DNA of 50,867 bases from Candidatus Geothermincola secundus (GCA_015711755.1 JACVIY010000002.1:1-50867), one strand, 5' to 3'; shown: positions 20,374 to 29,774, counted from the first letter of the stretch. The notes: generated by a model from the sequence alone, not told the origin. Translations and numbers: made by a program.

Positions 20374-21759
20374 TCACAGGAGAAGCGAGGATATGGCGCG
20401 GTCCAGGTCCTCCAGGTTGCGGCATACCCGCGCCTCCTTGAGATGGGGCATGTATTCCCCCATCACGCTGTCCCCGGTATCCCAGAAGGGCCGCGGCTCG
20501 GGGTTGAGCCAGATGATGCCGCGGGAACGGCGGGCCATGTTCTCCAGTGCTCCCGCGCAGGGGTCGTTCTGGTTGTTGCGCGCGTCCCCTATTATCAATA
20601 TGTAGGTGCGGTACCCCACGTCCTGCAGGTATTCATCGCAGAACTGGCGGAAGACGCTGCCGAAATCGGAGCGTGCGTAGTAGACGATGTCCGCCTCCTG
20701 CAGGGCCATGCGCACGCCCTCCTCGATGCTCTCCTCGTCGAAGAAGGAGGTCACCTCGCCCAGCTCGTCCACGAAGACGAAGGAGCGCACCCGGGCCAGG
20801 CAGTCCTGGATGGTATATACGAACCGCAGCATGAACTGTGATACCCTGGCCACCGAGCTGGATACGTCGCAGAGCACCAAGAGCTCCACCTTCTCCCGCC
20901 GGCGGCGCCTCATCACCAGGCGGAAGGGTATGCCCCCGTGCTGCATGTTGCGCCGCAGGGTGCCCTTGACGTCCAGGCGACCGCGGCTCGAGCTCTTCTC
21001 CCGCAGGGCCAGCTTGTTGCGCAGCCGCCGCGCCAGGGCGTAGACGGCTTCCCGCATCAGCTGCAGCTCGGCCTCGTCCAGCTCCGACAGCGGCCTTCCC
21101 ATCAGGCGCTTCATCCTCTCGGACCGCGAAGCCCCGCCGGCTCGCCTGGTCTGCTCCCTTTCCACGAACCGCCGCACCGCCGAGCGGAACTCTTCCCGCA
21201 GCTCTTCGAAAATCCGGCGCAGCTCCTCAAGAGAGCCCTCCTCCCATCCCGCTTCCCGCAGGAGCTCCAGCAGTCGCGCCAGCTCCGCCTCCGCTCCTTC
21301 CCAATCGAAGGAGTCGAAGATACGCCGTGTGTACATGCCCACCTGCTGCCGTGTTTGGAGCTGAGAGGTCCCCACGCCTCGGGCACCCTGCCTGATGAGG
21401 GTCTCCCATTCTCCTCCCTGCCCCGTCAAGAGCGTCATCAACAGGAGGGCACCCGCCGCTTCGCCTTCCCGGGCCGCGAGCTCCAGCTCTTCCTCGAGCT
21501 TCCTTTTGAGATCATCGTCCAGCGCCCCGTCATCCTCGGGGCGAGGGAGCCCGTAAAAATAGAGGGGGAACAGCTCCTCGAAGACGGAGAGGTCCCGCGA
21601 GCGCTTGATCAGGGTGGACCGCAGGGCCGTTTTGAAGAAAACGAGGTCGGTCAGGTCCACTGCCCTCAAGGCCCGCAGCGCGTCCATCACCTCAGCCGGC
21701 GACACAGGTATCCCGGCGCCGCGCAGTCCTTCGATGAAATCCATGACCCTATCCTGCAA
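20374..21759 (-). CDS. VWA domain protein, CoxE-like
   Basis: LCDVSSSV MIDAS, SDFG, IGDARNN, WLNPEP. Confidence 0.88.
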   Translation of the reverse strand: MQDRVMDFIEGLRGAGIPVSPAEVMDALRALRAVDLTDLVFFKTALRSTLIKRSRDLSVFEELFPLYFYGLPRPEDDGALDDDLKRKLEEELELAAREGEAAGALLLMTLLTGQGGEWETLIRQGARGVGTSQLQTRQQVGMYTRRIFDSFDWEGAEAELARLLELLREAGWEEGSLEELRRIFEELREEFRSAVRRFVEREQTRRAGGASRSERMKRLMGRPLSELDEAELQLMREAVYALARRLRNKLALREKSSSRGRLDVKGTLRRNMQHGGIPFRLVMRRRRREKVELLVLCDVSSSVARVSQFMLRFVYTIQDCLARVRSFVFVDELGEVTSFFDEESIEEGVRMALQEADIVYYARSDFGSVFRQFCDEYLQDVGYRTYILIIGDARNNQNDPCAGALENMARRSRGIIWLNPEPRPFWDTGDSVMGEYMPHLKEARVCRNLEDLDRAISSLLL

Positions 21760-21791
21760 AGCCCGCCTCCCCGGTCTTCACGCAGTCTCCG

Positions 21792-22745
21792 TCAGTCCGC
21801 AAGCAGGCGCGCGCTCTCTGCTACTTTAGCGATGTCCTTCTCGTATTTGAGGATGACGTTGAGCGTACCCCTCAGTGTATCCCGGTCGAGCTTCTCCGCG
21901 TTGAGGACCAGCAGGGCCCGTGCCCAGTCCAGGGTCTCGCTGATGCCGGGGGGCTTCTTCAGGTCCAGCTTGCGTATGCGCTGCACCGCCTCCACCACCT
22001 GCGCGGCCAGCTCCTCCCTGATGCCCGGCACCTTGGCCAGCACGATGGCGGTCTCCCGTTCCCTCCCGGGGAAATCCAGGTAGAGATGGAGGCAGCGCCT
22101 CTTCAGGGCGTCGCTCATCTCCCGGGAGTTGTTGCTGGTGAGCACGACCATGGGGATATGCCTGGCGGTTATCGTGCCTATCTCGGGTATGGATACCTGG
22201 AAATCGGAGAGCACCTCCAGCAGGAAGGCCTCGAACTCCGGGTCGGATTTGTCCACCTCATCGATGAGCAGCACCGCCGGCTCATCGGAGATGATGGCCC
22301 GCAGCAGAGGCCGGGGGACCACGAACTTCCGGGAGAAGAAGACCTCGTCCTGCCGGGCCACTCTCTCCACCGCCTCGGCCAGGGAGCTGACCCCGGCCAG
22401 CTCCTGCGCCAGCACGTCCTTGAGGATCTGGGTGTAGAGCAGCTGCTTGGCGTATTCCCATTCATACAGCGCCTTGGACTCGTCAAGCCCCTCGTAACAC
22501 TGCAGGCGGATGAACTCCCATCCCAGGGCGGCGGCGACCACCTTGCCCAGATCGGTCTTGCCCACGCCCGCAGGGCCCTCGACCAGCAGGGGCTTTCGCA
22601 GCTGCTGCGCCAGATAGATAACTGTCGCCGTTTCCCGGCTGCATATATACCCCTGTTCCGCCAGCCGCTCCACGACCTCCTGCGGATCGCCGAACATCTC
22701 GCCGCTCCCTTCCCGGCCCGGGGGACCGCCCTCCCGGCCGCTCAT
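21792..22745 (-). CDS. MoxR-family AAA+ ATPase, CoxD-like (possible AssE/BssE-type chaperone)
   Basis: EGPAGVGKT, RLQCYEGLDESKALYEW, LLIDEVDK, DALKRRC. Confidence 0.9.
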   Translation of the reverse strand: MSGREGGPPGREGSGEMFGDPQEVVERLAEQGYICSRETATVIYLAQQLRKPLLVEGPAGVGKTDLGKVVAAALGWEFIRLQCYEGLDESKALYEWEYAKQLLYTQILKDVLAQELAGVSSLAEAVERVARQDEVFFSRKFVVPRPLLRAIISDEPAVLLIDEVDKSDPEFEAFLLEVLSDFQVSIPEIGTITARHIPMVVLTSNNSREMSDALKRRCLHLYLDFPGRERETAIVLAKVPGIREELAAQVVEAVQRIRKLDLKKPPGISETLDWARALLVLNAEKLDRDTLRGTLNVILKYEKDIAKVAESARLLAD

Positions 22746-23488
22746 CGCTCCAGTTCCCCGCGCAGCCTGCGGTAGATGCGCATGCCTATATCCAACCCGC
22801 GGTCGATGAAATCCGGACCATAGCGGCGGCCGGTGCCGGTCCTGAAAGTGGACTTGATGCGCTCTATGCCCCCCATCGAGGGGAGGAAATGATCGAGCAA
22901 GACCGCCAGAGATATGTCGAACGGCGCCGCCATGGACCAGACCGTGCTGATGAAGTTGTCGGGGCCCCAGCGGAACTTATCCGCATCATAAAGCGAGTCG
23001 GAGAGCAGGCGGCAGGCGGGTTCTTCCAGCGCCTCGGTCTCCCGGAAAGCCTCATGGTTGCGGATGGCCGCGGCCACCGCCTCTATCTCCCATGCTTCCA
23101 ATCCCCTCTGAAACAGTATTCCCGCCGCCTCCTCTGCCCCGCGCCTGGCGTGATCGCTCTCCTCGCGCTTGACGTCATGCAGGGTGCCGGCAAGATGGGC
23201 CAGGCGCACCAGGCCGCGCACTTCGCCATCCGGCCGCCCGGCGGCCTCGATGATGATGACCGCCCCGGCATCAACGGCCACTTTGCGGACGTGGTCCAGG
23301 CCGTGCCCCAGCCGGTCGTAGCGCTCCCCCACCAGCCGCAGGCAATCCTGCACCAGCGTGTCCCTCTCGAAGCGGAGGCGCGATTCCCCCACCTCAGCCG
23401 CCCTCTCCCGGTAGAACAGAGGGGGCAGCACGGTCGCGGCTATCTCCTCGGAGACGCTGCGTGCCCATTCCAGCTCGCGCCGCTCCAT
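22742..23488 (-). CDS. HD-domain protein
   Basis: GHGLDHVRKVA, LHDVKR, DHARRG, NHEAF, YDADKF; ATGA overlap with MoxR gene. Confidence 0.8.
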   Translation of the reverse strand: MERRELEWARSVSEEIAATVLPPLFYRERAAEVGESRLRFERDTLVQDCLRLVGERYDRLGHGLDHVRKVAVDAGAVIIIEAAGRPDGEVRGLVRLAHLAGTLHDVKREESDHARRGAEEAAGILFQRGLEAWEIEAVAAAIRNHEAFRETEALEEPACRLLSDSLYDADKFRWGPDNFISTVWSMAAPFDISLAVLLDHFLPSMGGIERIKSTFRTGTGRRYGPDFIDRGLDIGMRIYRRLRGELER

Positions 23489-23775
23489 CACCGTCTCCCG
23501 TCCGTGACCCTTTCCGGCTCGGCTCCGATCCCTCCAAAAGGCGGGCCCCATTCTGGAGCGAGCGCCGCCGCGGGGGATGCGGCCATTAGATTTTATCGGA
23601 TGAGGCGGGTTCCAGCTTCATGCGGTCAGCGCCTCTCCGCCGGCCAGAGAAAAAGAAGCCGCGGACGGCAGGCGTCGGTGAAGGGCAGACTCCTCGTTTT
23701 CAACCTGAGCCTTTCGCCTGCTGCCCGCGGCAGTGGGGCATGTTTCCGTTTTCCGCCGCGTTGGCTTTGCCGCCG

Positions 23776-24123
23776 TCAGGAGGACGGGGCTCCCGCCCTC
23801 TTGATGCGGCGCCTCGCCATTCTGATGAAGTCATCCAGCGGGGCAAGGTTCAGACAGCGGTTGAGCTCCGTCAGCTCCCGCAGGATAACCTCCGCCTCTC
23901 CCGTCATCCCCTTCCCCATGGCTTCTTCCAAGCGTCTGGCCATCTCCCTGGCTTTTTCCTCGTATCCCTCCTGCATCTCCTGGCGGTCGCAGATGACTTT
24001 GTTGCCGCAGCGGGGGCACGCCCGAAATACCAGGGGACCGCAGCACATAACATTGCCGATCATGCGGAAGAGCGCGGCCTCCCCCTGAAAGCCGCATCCG
24101 TCGCAAGTGATCATGGGATCCAT
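23776..24123 (-). CDS. MasE-like rubredoxin/zinc-ribbon protein with helical C-terminal extension (paralogue 3)
   Basis: CDGCGFQGEAALFRM...FRACPRC; same pattern as 26249-26416 and 26413-26646. Confidence 0.65.
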   Translation of the reverse strand: MDPMITCDGCGFQGEAALFRMIGNVMCCGPLVFRACPRCGNKVICDRQEMQEGYEEKAREMARRLEEAMGKGMTGEAEVILRELTELNRCLNLAPLDDFIRMARRRIKRAGAPSS

Positions 24124-24169
24124 GTCCCGCGCTCTCCTGCAGCTTTCCGCCTGAGCCCGGCGGGAGCCC

Positions 24170-24334
24170 TCAGCGCGCCTGGAAGGAGGCGCACTGGTCC
24201 GCGGCCTTGTCCGCGCTAACCGGCTTGGCCGTCCAGTACTGACTCTTTCCGTCATCCTCCCGCTGAACGCAGTCCCCACGGCCGGGGTCCTCTTCCAGGG
24301 GGAAGAACCATTTGCACTCGCTGCAGCTGGCCAT
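24170..24334 (-). CDS. assC: Fumarate-adding enzyme gamma subunit (BssC/AssC/MasC-like), 54 aa
   Basis: Not in ORF track. MASCSECKWFFPLEEDPGRGDCVQREDDGKSQYWTAKPVSADKAADQCASFQAR; GGAGG RBS; matches the BssC-type pattern CxxCxxFF...GDCV...YWxxKPV...C. Confidence 0.88.
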   Translation of the reverse strand: MASCSECKWFFPLEEDPGRGDCVQREDDGKSQYWTAKPVSADKAADQCASFQAR

Positions 24335-24349
24335 TTTCCCTTTCCTCCC

Positions 24350-25273
24350 TCATCCGCCTACGGTCACTTCAAGGTCCCGCAACAGGAAGACCTCCACGAT
24401 CTCGCGCAGTCTTTCCTCGGGGTATCCCTCACCTTGCGGGAAGGGGTATTCCAATCCGAACACGCGGTATTTGGCTCCCGCATAGGGGTGGTATGGGAGC
24501 ACGTCCACTTCCAGGCCGCCTGCCGCCTGTTGCCGCAGCCCGGCCACGAAAGCGGCGGTGGCCTTCAGGTTTTCCTCATCATCGTTCACCCCGGGTATGA
24601 GCGGCACCCGCACCCGCATGGCCACTCCCGACTCCGCAACCCTGCGGGCGTTCTCCAGGATGAGGCCGTTGGAGCGCCCGCAGAAGGCGCGATGCCTGTC
24701 AGGGTCCATGTGCTTGATGTCGTAGAGCACGAAATCGGCGCCCTCAAGGGCCTTTTTCAGCTTCTCCCAGGGCGCGTGCCCGCAGGTATCCAGGGCGGTG
24801 TGTATGCCCCTTTCCTTTGCCGCTTTCAAGAGGGCCGCCGCGAACTCCGGCTGGGCCAGGGGCTCACCTCCGGAGAGGGTCATGCCGCCCCCTGAATTGC
24901 GGTAGAAGGGCTTGTCCCGCTCCACCTCCGCCATTATCTCCTCAACGCCGGCCTCCCTACCCCAGACCACCATGGCCTCATGGGGGCAGGCCTCGGCGCA
25001 AGAAAAGCAATCGATGCACCTGCCCTTGTCGATGCGCGGCCTGCGTTCCCCCGCCATGGATATCGCCCCCGCCGGACAGATCTCCATGCAAGTTCCGCAA
25101 CCCTCGCAGTTGGGCGAGTAGGGGAAGACCTCCGGGAAGCGCCGATTTCCCTCGGGATTGTGGCACCAGCGGCAGTTGAGCAGGCATCCCTTGAGGAAGA
25201 CGGTGGTGCGGATGCCCGGTCCGTCGCATAGGGAATATGTCTGTATGTCGGTGATGTACCCCTTGATGTCCAT
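24350..25273 (-). CDS. Glycyl-radical enzyme activating enzyme (radical SAM, AssD-like) no. 2
   Basis: DGPGIRTTVFLKGCLLNCRWCHNPE, 2x CxxCxxCxxxC ferredoxin insert, SGGEP. Confidence 0.93.
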   Translation of the reverse strand: MDIKGYITDIQTYSLCDGPGIRTTVFLKGCLLNCRWCHNPEGNRRFPEVFPYSPNCEGCGTCMEICPAGAISMAGERRPRIDKGRCIDCFSCAEACPHEAMVVWGREAGVEEIMAEVERDKPFYRNSGGGMTLSGGEPLAQPEFAAALLKAAKERGIHTALDTCGHAPWEKLKKALEGADFVLYDIKHMDPDRHRAFCGRSNGLILENARRVAESGVAMRVRVPLIPGVNDDEENLKATAAFVAGLRQQAAGGLEVDVLPYHPYAGAKYRVFGLEYPFPQGEGYPEERLREIVEVFLLRDLEVTVGG

Positions 25274-25282
25274 TTCCGCTCC

Positions 25283-26230
25283 CTATCCCCCGATGGTGGT
25301 CTTGATGCCCCTGCCCTCCAGGATCTCCCGGAAGTCCTCAACGTCGTATTCGGAGAGGCTTTCCGTCTCCTCATAGTCCCATTCCCTCCCCAGCCAGCGG
25401 TACTTGTCCTGGCACCAGTTGTGGAAGGGCAGTATGTCCACCTGAAGCAGGGCCGGTTTGAGCGTTTCCAGGAACTCGGCTATACGCCCCATCTGCTCGG
25501 TGGAGTCGTTGAAGCCGGGGATCACCGGCACCCGCACTATGATGCTCTCGCCCTCACAGGCAAGCCGGGCCAGGTTGGCGAGTATGGGCGAGTTGCTCAC
25601 CCCGGTGCGCAGAAGGTGCAGCTTTCCGCTCAGGCACTTGATGTCGTAGAGAAAGATGTCCACGTAGGGCCGGAGGGAATCCAGTACCTCCCAGGAGCAG
25701 AACCCGCTGGTGTCCAGGCAGGTATGGATGCCGCGGCGCTTGGCCTCACTCAGCAGCGCCAAGGTGAAGCGGGGAAAGCTGGTCGGCTCACCGCCGGTCA
25801 GCGTGAGCCCCCCCTCCGAGTTGTTGTAGAAAGGGATGTCCCGCTCAACCTCATCCAGTATCTCTTCCACGGTCATCCTCTCGCCCACCCGCAACAGGGC
25901 TTCATAGATGCACGCTTCCACGCATTTCATGCAGCGGTCGCACTTCTCGCGGTCTATCTTGTGGTAATGACGGCCCTCGTCATCGGGGTCCAGTTCCACC
26001 GGAGGTTGTACGGCACCTTGCGGGCACGCGTCGAAGCAGCGTCCGCACTGCCGGCAGAGGCTCTGCTTCCAGTAGATCTCGGGCCTGAAATCGATGCACT
26101 CGGGGTTATGGCACCAAGCACACTGCAGGGCGCATCCCTTGAGGAAGACGGTGGTGCGGATGCCCGGCCCGTCGTTTATGGAGAACCTCTGGATGTTGGT
26201 GACGTAGGCCTTCTCGCCGTCCTCGTGCAT
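25283..26230 (-). CDS. Glycyl-radical enzyme activating enzyme (radical SAM, AssD-like) no. 1
   Basis: DGPGIRTTVFLKGCALQCAWCHNPE, ferredoxin insert CRQCGRCFDACP/CDRCMKCVEAC, TGGEP. Confidence 0.93.
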   Translation of the reverse strand: MHEDGEKAYVTNIQRFSINDGPGIRTTVFLKGCALQCAWCHNPECIDFRPEIYWKQSLCRQCGRCFDACPQGAVQPPVELDPDDEGRHYHKIDREKCDRCMKCVEACIYEALLRVGERMTVEEILDEVERDIPFYNNSEGGLTLTGGEPTSFPRFTLALLSEAKRRGIHTCLDTSGFCSWEVLDSLRPYVDIFLYDIKCLSGKLHLLRTGVSNSPILANLARLACEGESIIVRVPVIPGFNDSTEQMGRIAEFLETLKPALLQVDILPFHNWCQDKYRWLGREWDYEETESLSEYDVEDFREILEGRGIKTTIGG

Positions 26231-26248
26231 GCCCGCCGCCCCGCCGCC

Positions 26249-26416
26249 TCAGGCCTTCGCCGCCTTCTCGCGGCGCTCCTCCTCCAGCTCGTTGCAGACC
26301 ACCCAGTTGTAGCATTTCGGGCACTCGCGGTATGCCGTCTCCGCATCCAAGGTCGTGTTGTAAAGGTAGCGGAATTCGGACTTGTGCCCCTCGAAGCCGC
26401 ATTTATCGCATCTCAT
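26249..26416 (-). CDS. MasE-like small subunit (paralogue 2), 55 aa
   Basis: MRCDKCGFEGHKSEFRYLYNTTLDAETAYRECPKCYNWVVCNELE; ATGA coupling to the upstream gene. Confidence 0.8.
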   Translation of the reverse strand: MRCDKCGFEGHKSEFRYLYNTTLDAETAYRECPKCYNWVVCNELEEERREKAAKA

Positions 26417-26646
26417 CTCGCATCCTCCGTATCCTCCCTGATGAACTTCTTCCCGAACACCGGCGAAAGCCCCCAGGGGCGCGCCGGCTCCCGCAGTTCC
26501 CGCTCCTCCTCCACCTCGTTGAAGTAGTTGATCTCGCGGCAAACGGGGCAGCGCCGCAGGGAGACCGCCCCGATGCCCTCGGCCGGCCCCAGGTAGCGGA
26601 ACTCCGCCAACGACCCCCTGTATCCGCAGCGCACGCAGCCCGCCAT
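26413..26646 (-). CDS. MasE-like small subunit (paralogue 1), 77 aa
   Basis: CVRCGYRGSLAEFRYL...LRRCPVC...NEVEE...PWG. Confidence 0.75.
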   Translation of the reverse strand: MAGCVRCGYRGSLAEFRYLGPAEGIGAVSLRRCPVCREINYFNEVEEERELREPARPWGLSPVFGKKFIREDTEDAR

Positions 26647-26650
26647 GCCT

Positions 26651-26953
26651 CTACTTCTCCTCGATTTGCCTCTGGGGACGGAAGGTGGGGTCCCACATGA
26701 ACTCGCTGGTGTCGGTGCGGATGCGGTCTATCTCCTTGTACTGGGAGCACTGAGAGGCGTCGGTGTTGTCGAAGACCACCTTGTTCAGCTCGTTCTCCAC
26801 GATCACCGCGCAGTGGCCGTCGCCCGCCGCAGAGGCGGAGTGCTGGCGGAAGTGCTCGCACTTGCCGCAGGCTTTCTCGGGCATCGCCTGCCTGCCTTTC
26901 TGCACCCCCCCCATCACGAACTGATCCCGAAGCTTGGCCCAATCATCGCTCAT
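26651..26953 (-). CDS. assB: Fumarate-adding enzyme beta-like Fe-S subunit (AssB/MasB-like)
   Basis: CGKCEHF...GHC...C four-Cys pattern; immediately downstream of the alpha subunit. Confidence 0.7.
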   Translation of the reverse strand: MSDDWAKLRDQFVMGGVQKGRQAMPEKACGKCEHFRQHSASAAGDGHCAVIVENELNKVVFDNTDASQCSQYKEIDRIRTDTSEFMWDPTFRPQRQIEEK

Positions 26954-26999
26954 CTCCCAGACCTCCTCCCGCCTTCCGGTACTCGAGCCCGCTCCCGCA

Positions 27000-29504
27000 T
27001 CAGCTGCCCAGCGACTGCACGTTGCGGGCGATGATGGTGTCCTGGGTCTTCTTGTTGAGGTCGATGAAGTGAGCCGAGTAACCGGCTATGCGCACGATGA
27101 GCTCGGGGTACTTCTCCGGCTCCTTCTGGGCCGCCTTAAGCGTCTCGTTGTCCACCATGTTGAACTGCACGTGGTCGATGCCCAGATCCGCCCAGGTCTT
27201 TATGTAGGAATGCCAGATCTGGAAGCCCTTCTCCCCCGCCAGCTGGGTGGGATTGAGCCGCTGGTTGAGCAGGGTGGCTCGCACCGCCCCGATGTGGTCT
27301 ATCTTGGCGACAGAGCGGAGCACTGCCGTGGGCCCCTTCTTGTCCAATCCCGCCCCCGGCGAGCAGCCCCCATCGTAAAGGGTATCGCCCAGCCGCCTCC
27401 CGTTAGGCAGCGCCCACACTTTGGTGGCATTGGTAACGTAGGCGGCGATATTCTCCGGAAGCGGCGGCCAGGGGTTCCCGGTGGGATCCTTTATCTCCCA
27501 CGAATGGGCGGCCACGTCGTTATGGCAGCGCACGTGGATTTGATCCACATAATCGTCATCGTTGCCCCACTTGGGAGCGCGCACGAAATCCATGCGCATC
27601 TCCTCATAGCCCTCCCAGTTGTTGCGGAGGGCCTCGATGAGCTGAGCCATGGTGTATTTCCTCTCATCGAAGACGAGCTTTTTCACCGCGGCCAGGGAAT
27701 CCCCCGTCTCCATCCAAGCGAAGAAGGTAATCCAGGAGTTGCCCCGCTCGCTGGGGTGAGCGGAGTCCACCCCCAGGTCCACGCAGCGCTCGTAGATGGC
27801 CGAGAGGAATGGCCGCGGGTCCAGCTCGGAGGAGTTGTAACGGCCCGCCCCGGTCACCTTGGTGAGCGTGTCCATCATCCACTTGATCTGGGTGTACCAG
27901 GCTTGATAGAGCTCCTCGAAGCTCTCGAACTTGGAAGCGTCCCCGGTGTGGGGGCCGAACTGCATCTGCAGCACCTGATCGAACCCGTCGAAGAGCGCGT
28001 ATTCCATGGCCTTGGCGGCGATGATGGTGGCATTGGCCATGCGGAAAGGCTGACAGCCCCATTTGGTGTCGGGGCAGGGGGACATGCAGGCCTGATGCAC
28101 CCAGCGCCTTGCTTCCTTGAGGGGATGGCGGTGCCAATGCATGGCGTTGGCGATGAGGATGGGATCGTTGCGCATGGAGGGATAGCCCAGCCCCTGGCGG
28201 ATGCACTCGAAGACGTTGCGCAGCGTCTGCATGCGCACCTGTGGATGGTAACGGAAGGCGAAGGTGGGGTTGGCCACCCTCACCAGCCGCGCCGCCTCCA
28301 GCAGGCAGTCGGTCATGTCGTTGCAGGCGTCGGTCCCGTCCTCGTTGACCCCCCCCAGGGTCCATACCCAGGTACCGGTGATGCCCTGCAGGGTGTCTCT
28401 CGCCAGCATCAACCAGAACCAGCCCACTTCGTAGCAGCGGATGAGGAACTCTCCGGTGAGGTCGAGGGCCTCTTCCTTCGTCAGCACCTTGTCCTGATTG
28501 ACATCCTTGTCGTAGAAGGGCCCGTGCCAGTAGTCGGGCCGGGCGGGCCAGGCCCCGTCGCAGGCCTCGTAGCGGGTTAGTATCTGTACGAAGTGGTCGA
28601 ACTGCAAGGATTCCCACAGATGCTCCGGCGGTCTTGCCGGCACCTTCCAGCAGGTCTCGGCGATGCGTTCCAGCTCCTGCTTGCGCTGCGGGTCGGTCTC
28701 GAAGTTCTCGGCGATTATGCGCGCCAGCCGGCTGTAGCGGCGGGCCCAGCGCACGGCCGCCTCCAGGGTTATCTTCATGGCCTTCCAGATGTCCAGCTTC
28801 TTGTAATACTCGTAGTCCTCAGGCTCGGGCACCCTGCGGTATATCCTCTCCTCCGCCTCCGCCATTTTCGCGTCGATCTCGGCGATGATACCCTCGAAAC
28901 CCAGGCGGAACATGTAGTCCCACTGCTTGGTGCAGTAGCCGATGCGGTGTATGGGAAGCCCCCAGCCTATGGCCCCGGTCATCAGCTTGACTATCTCCTC
29001 AGGGGGCAGCTTGGAGAACATCTTGGTCCCGGCGGTCTGGGGGTTCCAGTAATCGCAGATCTCCCTGATGATGCGCAGGCTCCGCTCCTCCGGCTCGGGG
29101 ATGACCGTGCGGTCGTTGTAGAGGTCCTCGTTGAGGAGGAAGAGTATCTCGGGGTGCCAGACGATGGTATGCGGGCGCGAGCCGAGGTAGCCCATTATCT
29201 GAGCGTGGTCCTGGATGAAGATGGTTATGTTGTCCCATACGTGGGCCAGGGCCTTGGCATGCCTGATGATCAGGGGGTCATGTTCGTTGGCCTGAAAGGC
29301 CTGGGTATAGAGGATGGGCCTTTCCAGATCCACTTTCACCCCGGGCTGATAGCCCGAGCCCTTGGCCCCCTTCTTCCAGACCGCCTTTCGCAGGTAATCG
29401 AGGCGTTTGGATCGCTTCTGCTCGGCCCACCACCACCATTGCCCGCTCTTTTCGATCTCCTCGATGCTCCTCATCTCCACAGCCGACATCTTTGGACCCC
29501 CCAT
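27000..29504 (-). CDS. assA: Alkylsuccinate synthase-type glycyl-radical catalytic subunit (AssA/MasD)
   Basis: WW-AEQKRSKRLDYLRKAVWKKG N-terminus, Cys loop WVHQACMSPCP, Arg 15 residues after the catalytic Cys (BssA Cys493/Arg508 spacing), Gly loop VRIAGYSAHF. Confidence 0.9.
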   Translation of the reverse strand: MGGPKMSAVEMRSIEEIEKSGQWWWWAEQKRSKRLDYLRKAVWKKGAKGSGYQPGVKVDLERPILYTQAFQANEHDPLIIRHAKALAHVWDNITIFIQDHAQIMGYLGSRPHTIVWHPEILFLLNEDLYNDRTVIPEPEERSLRIIREICDYWNPQTAGTKMFSKLPPEEIVKLMTGAIGWGLPIHRIGYCTKQWDYMFRLGFEGIIAEIDAKMAEAEERIYRRVPEPEDYEYYKKLDIWKAMKITLEAAVRWARRYSRLARIIAENFETDPQRKQELERIAETCWKVPARPPEHLWESLQFDHFVQILTRYEACDGAWPARPDYWHGPFYDKDVNQDKVLTKEEALDLTGEFLIRCYEVGWFWLMLARDTLQGITGTWVWTLGGVNEDGTDACNDMTDCLLEAARLVRVANPTFAFRYHPQVRMQTLRNVFECIRQGLGYPSMRNDPILIANAMHWHRHPLKEARRWVHQACMSPCPDTKWGCQPFRMANATIIAAKAMEYALFDGFDQVLQMQFGPHTGDASKFESFEELYQAWYTQIKWMMDTLTKVTGAGRYNSSELDPRPFLSAIYERCVDLGVDSAHPSERGNSWITFFAWMETGDSLAAVKKLVFDERKYTMAQLIEALRNNWEGYEEMRMDFVRAPKWGNDDDYVDQIHVRCHNDVAAHSWEIKDPTGNPWPPLPENIAAYVTNATKVWALPNGRRLGDTLYDGGCSPGAGLDKKGPTAVLRSVAKIDHIGAVRATLLNQRLNPTQLAGEKGFQIWHSYIKTWADLGIDHVQFNMVDNETLKAAQKEPEKYPELIVRIAGYSAHFIDLNKKTQDTIIARNVQSLGS

Positions 29505-29670
29505 CTCGTCCTTGCCTCTCCAGCGTTTCGGAGAGGATCCCGCCTCCCGACCGATATGCCCGGACGACCGGGCTTTGACATGCAGGGAACGCCGTCACTG
29601 GGTGCTCAGATGTTATCTTCGGGTGCTGCGAACTTTGGTGAAAAAACTACGGAATGAAATCTCTGAACTC

Positions 29671-29700
29671 ATCTTATGGATGGCCTCTCCATACAGTCAA
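29671..29700 (-). promoter_or_regulatory. Candidate sigma70 promoter for the assA operon
   Basis: TTGACT-N18-TAAGAT on minus strand. Confidence 0.55.
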
Positions 29701-29774
29701 GACGGGTGTTTGTTCATTTATGCGGCATTATTGAGGGCCGATTCACCCTGATTTTCCAAGAAACGGTCGAGGTC

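Noticed and set aside
20374-22745. Aerobic CO dehydrogenase (cox) cluster
   Set aside because: Only CoxD/CoxE-like accessory genes are present; no coxLMS in the window
27000-29504. Benzylsuccinate synthase (toluene) call
   Set aside because: The QACMSPCP loop, the N-terminus, the MasE-like genes and the linked mutase fit the alkyl (Ass/Mas) type; no bbs beta-oxidation genes are present
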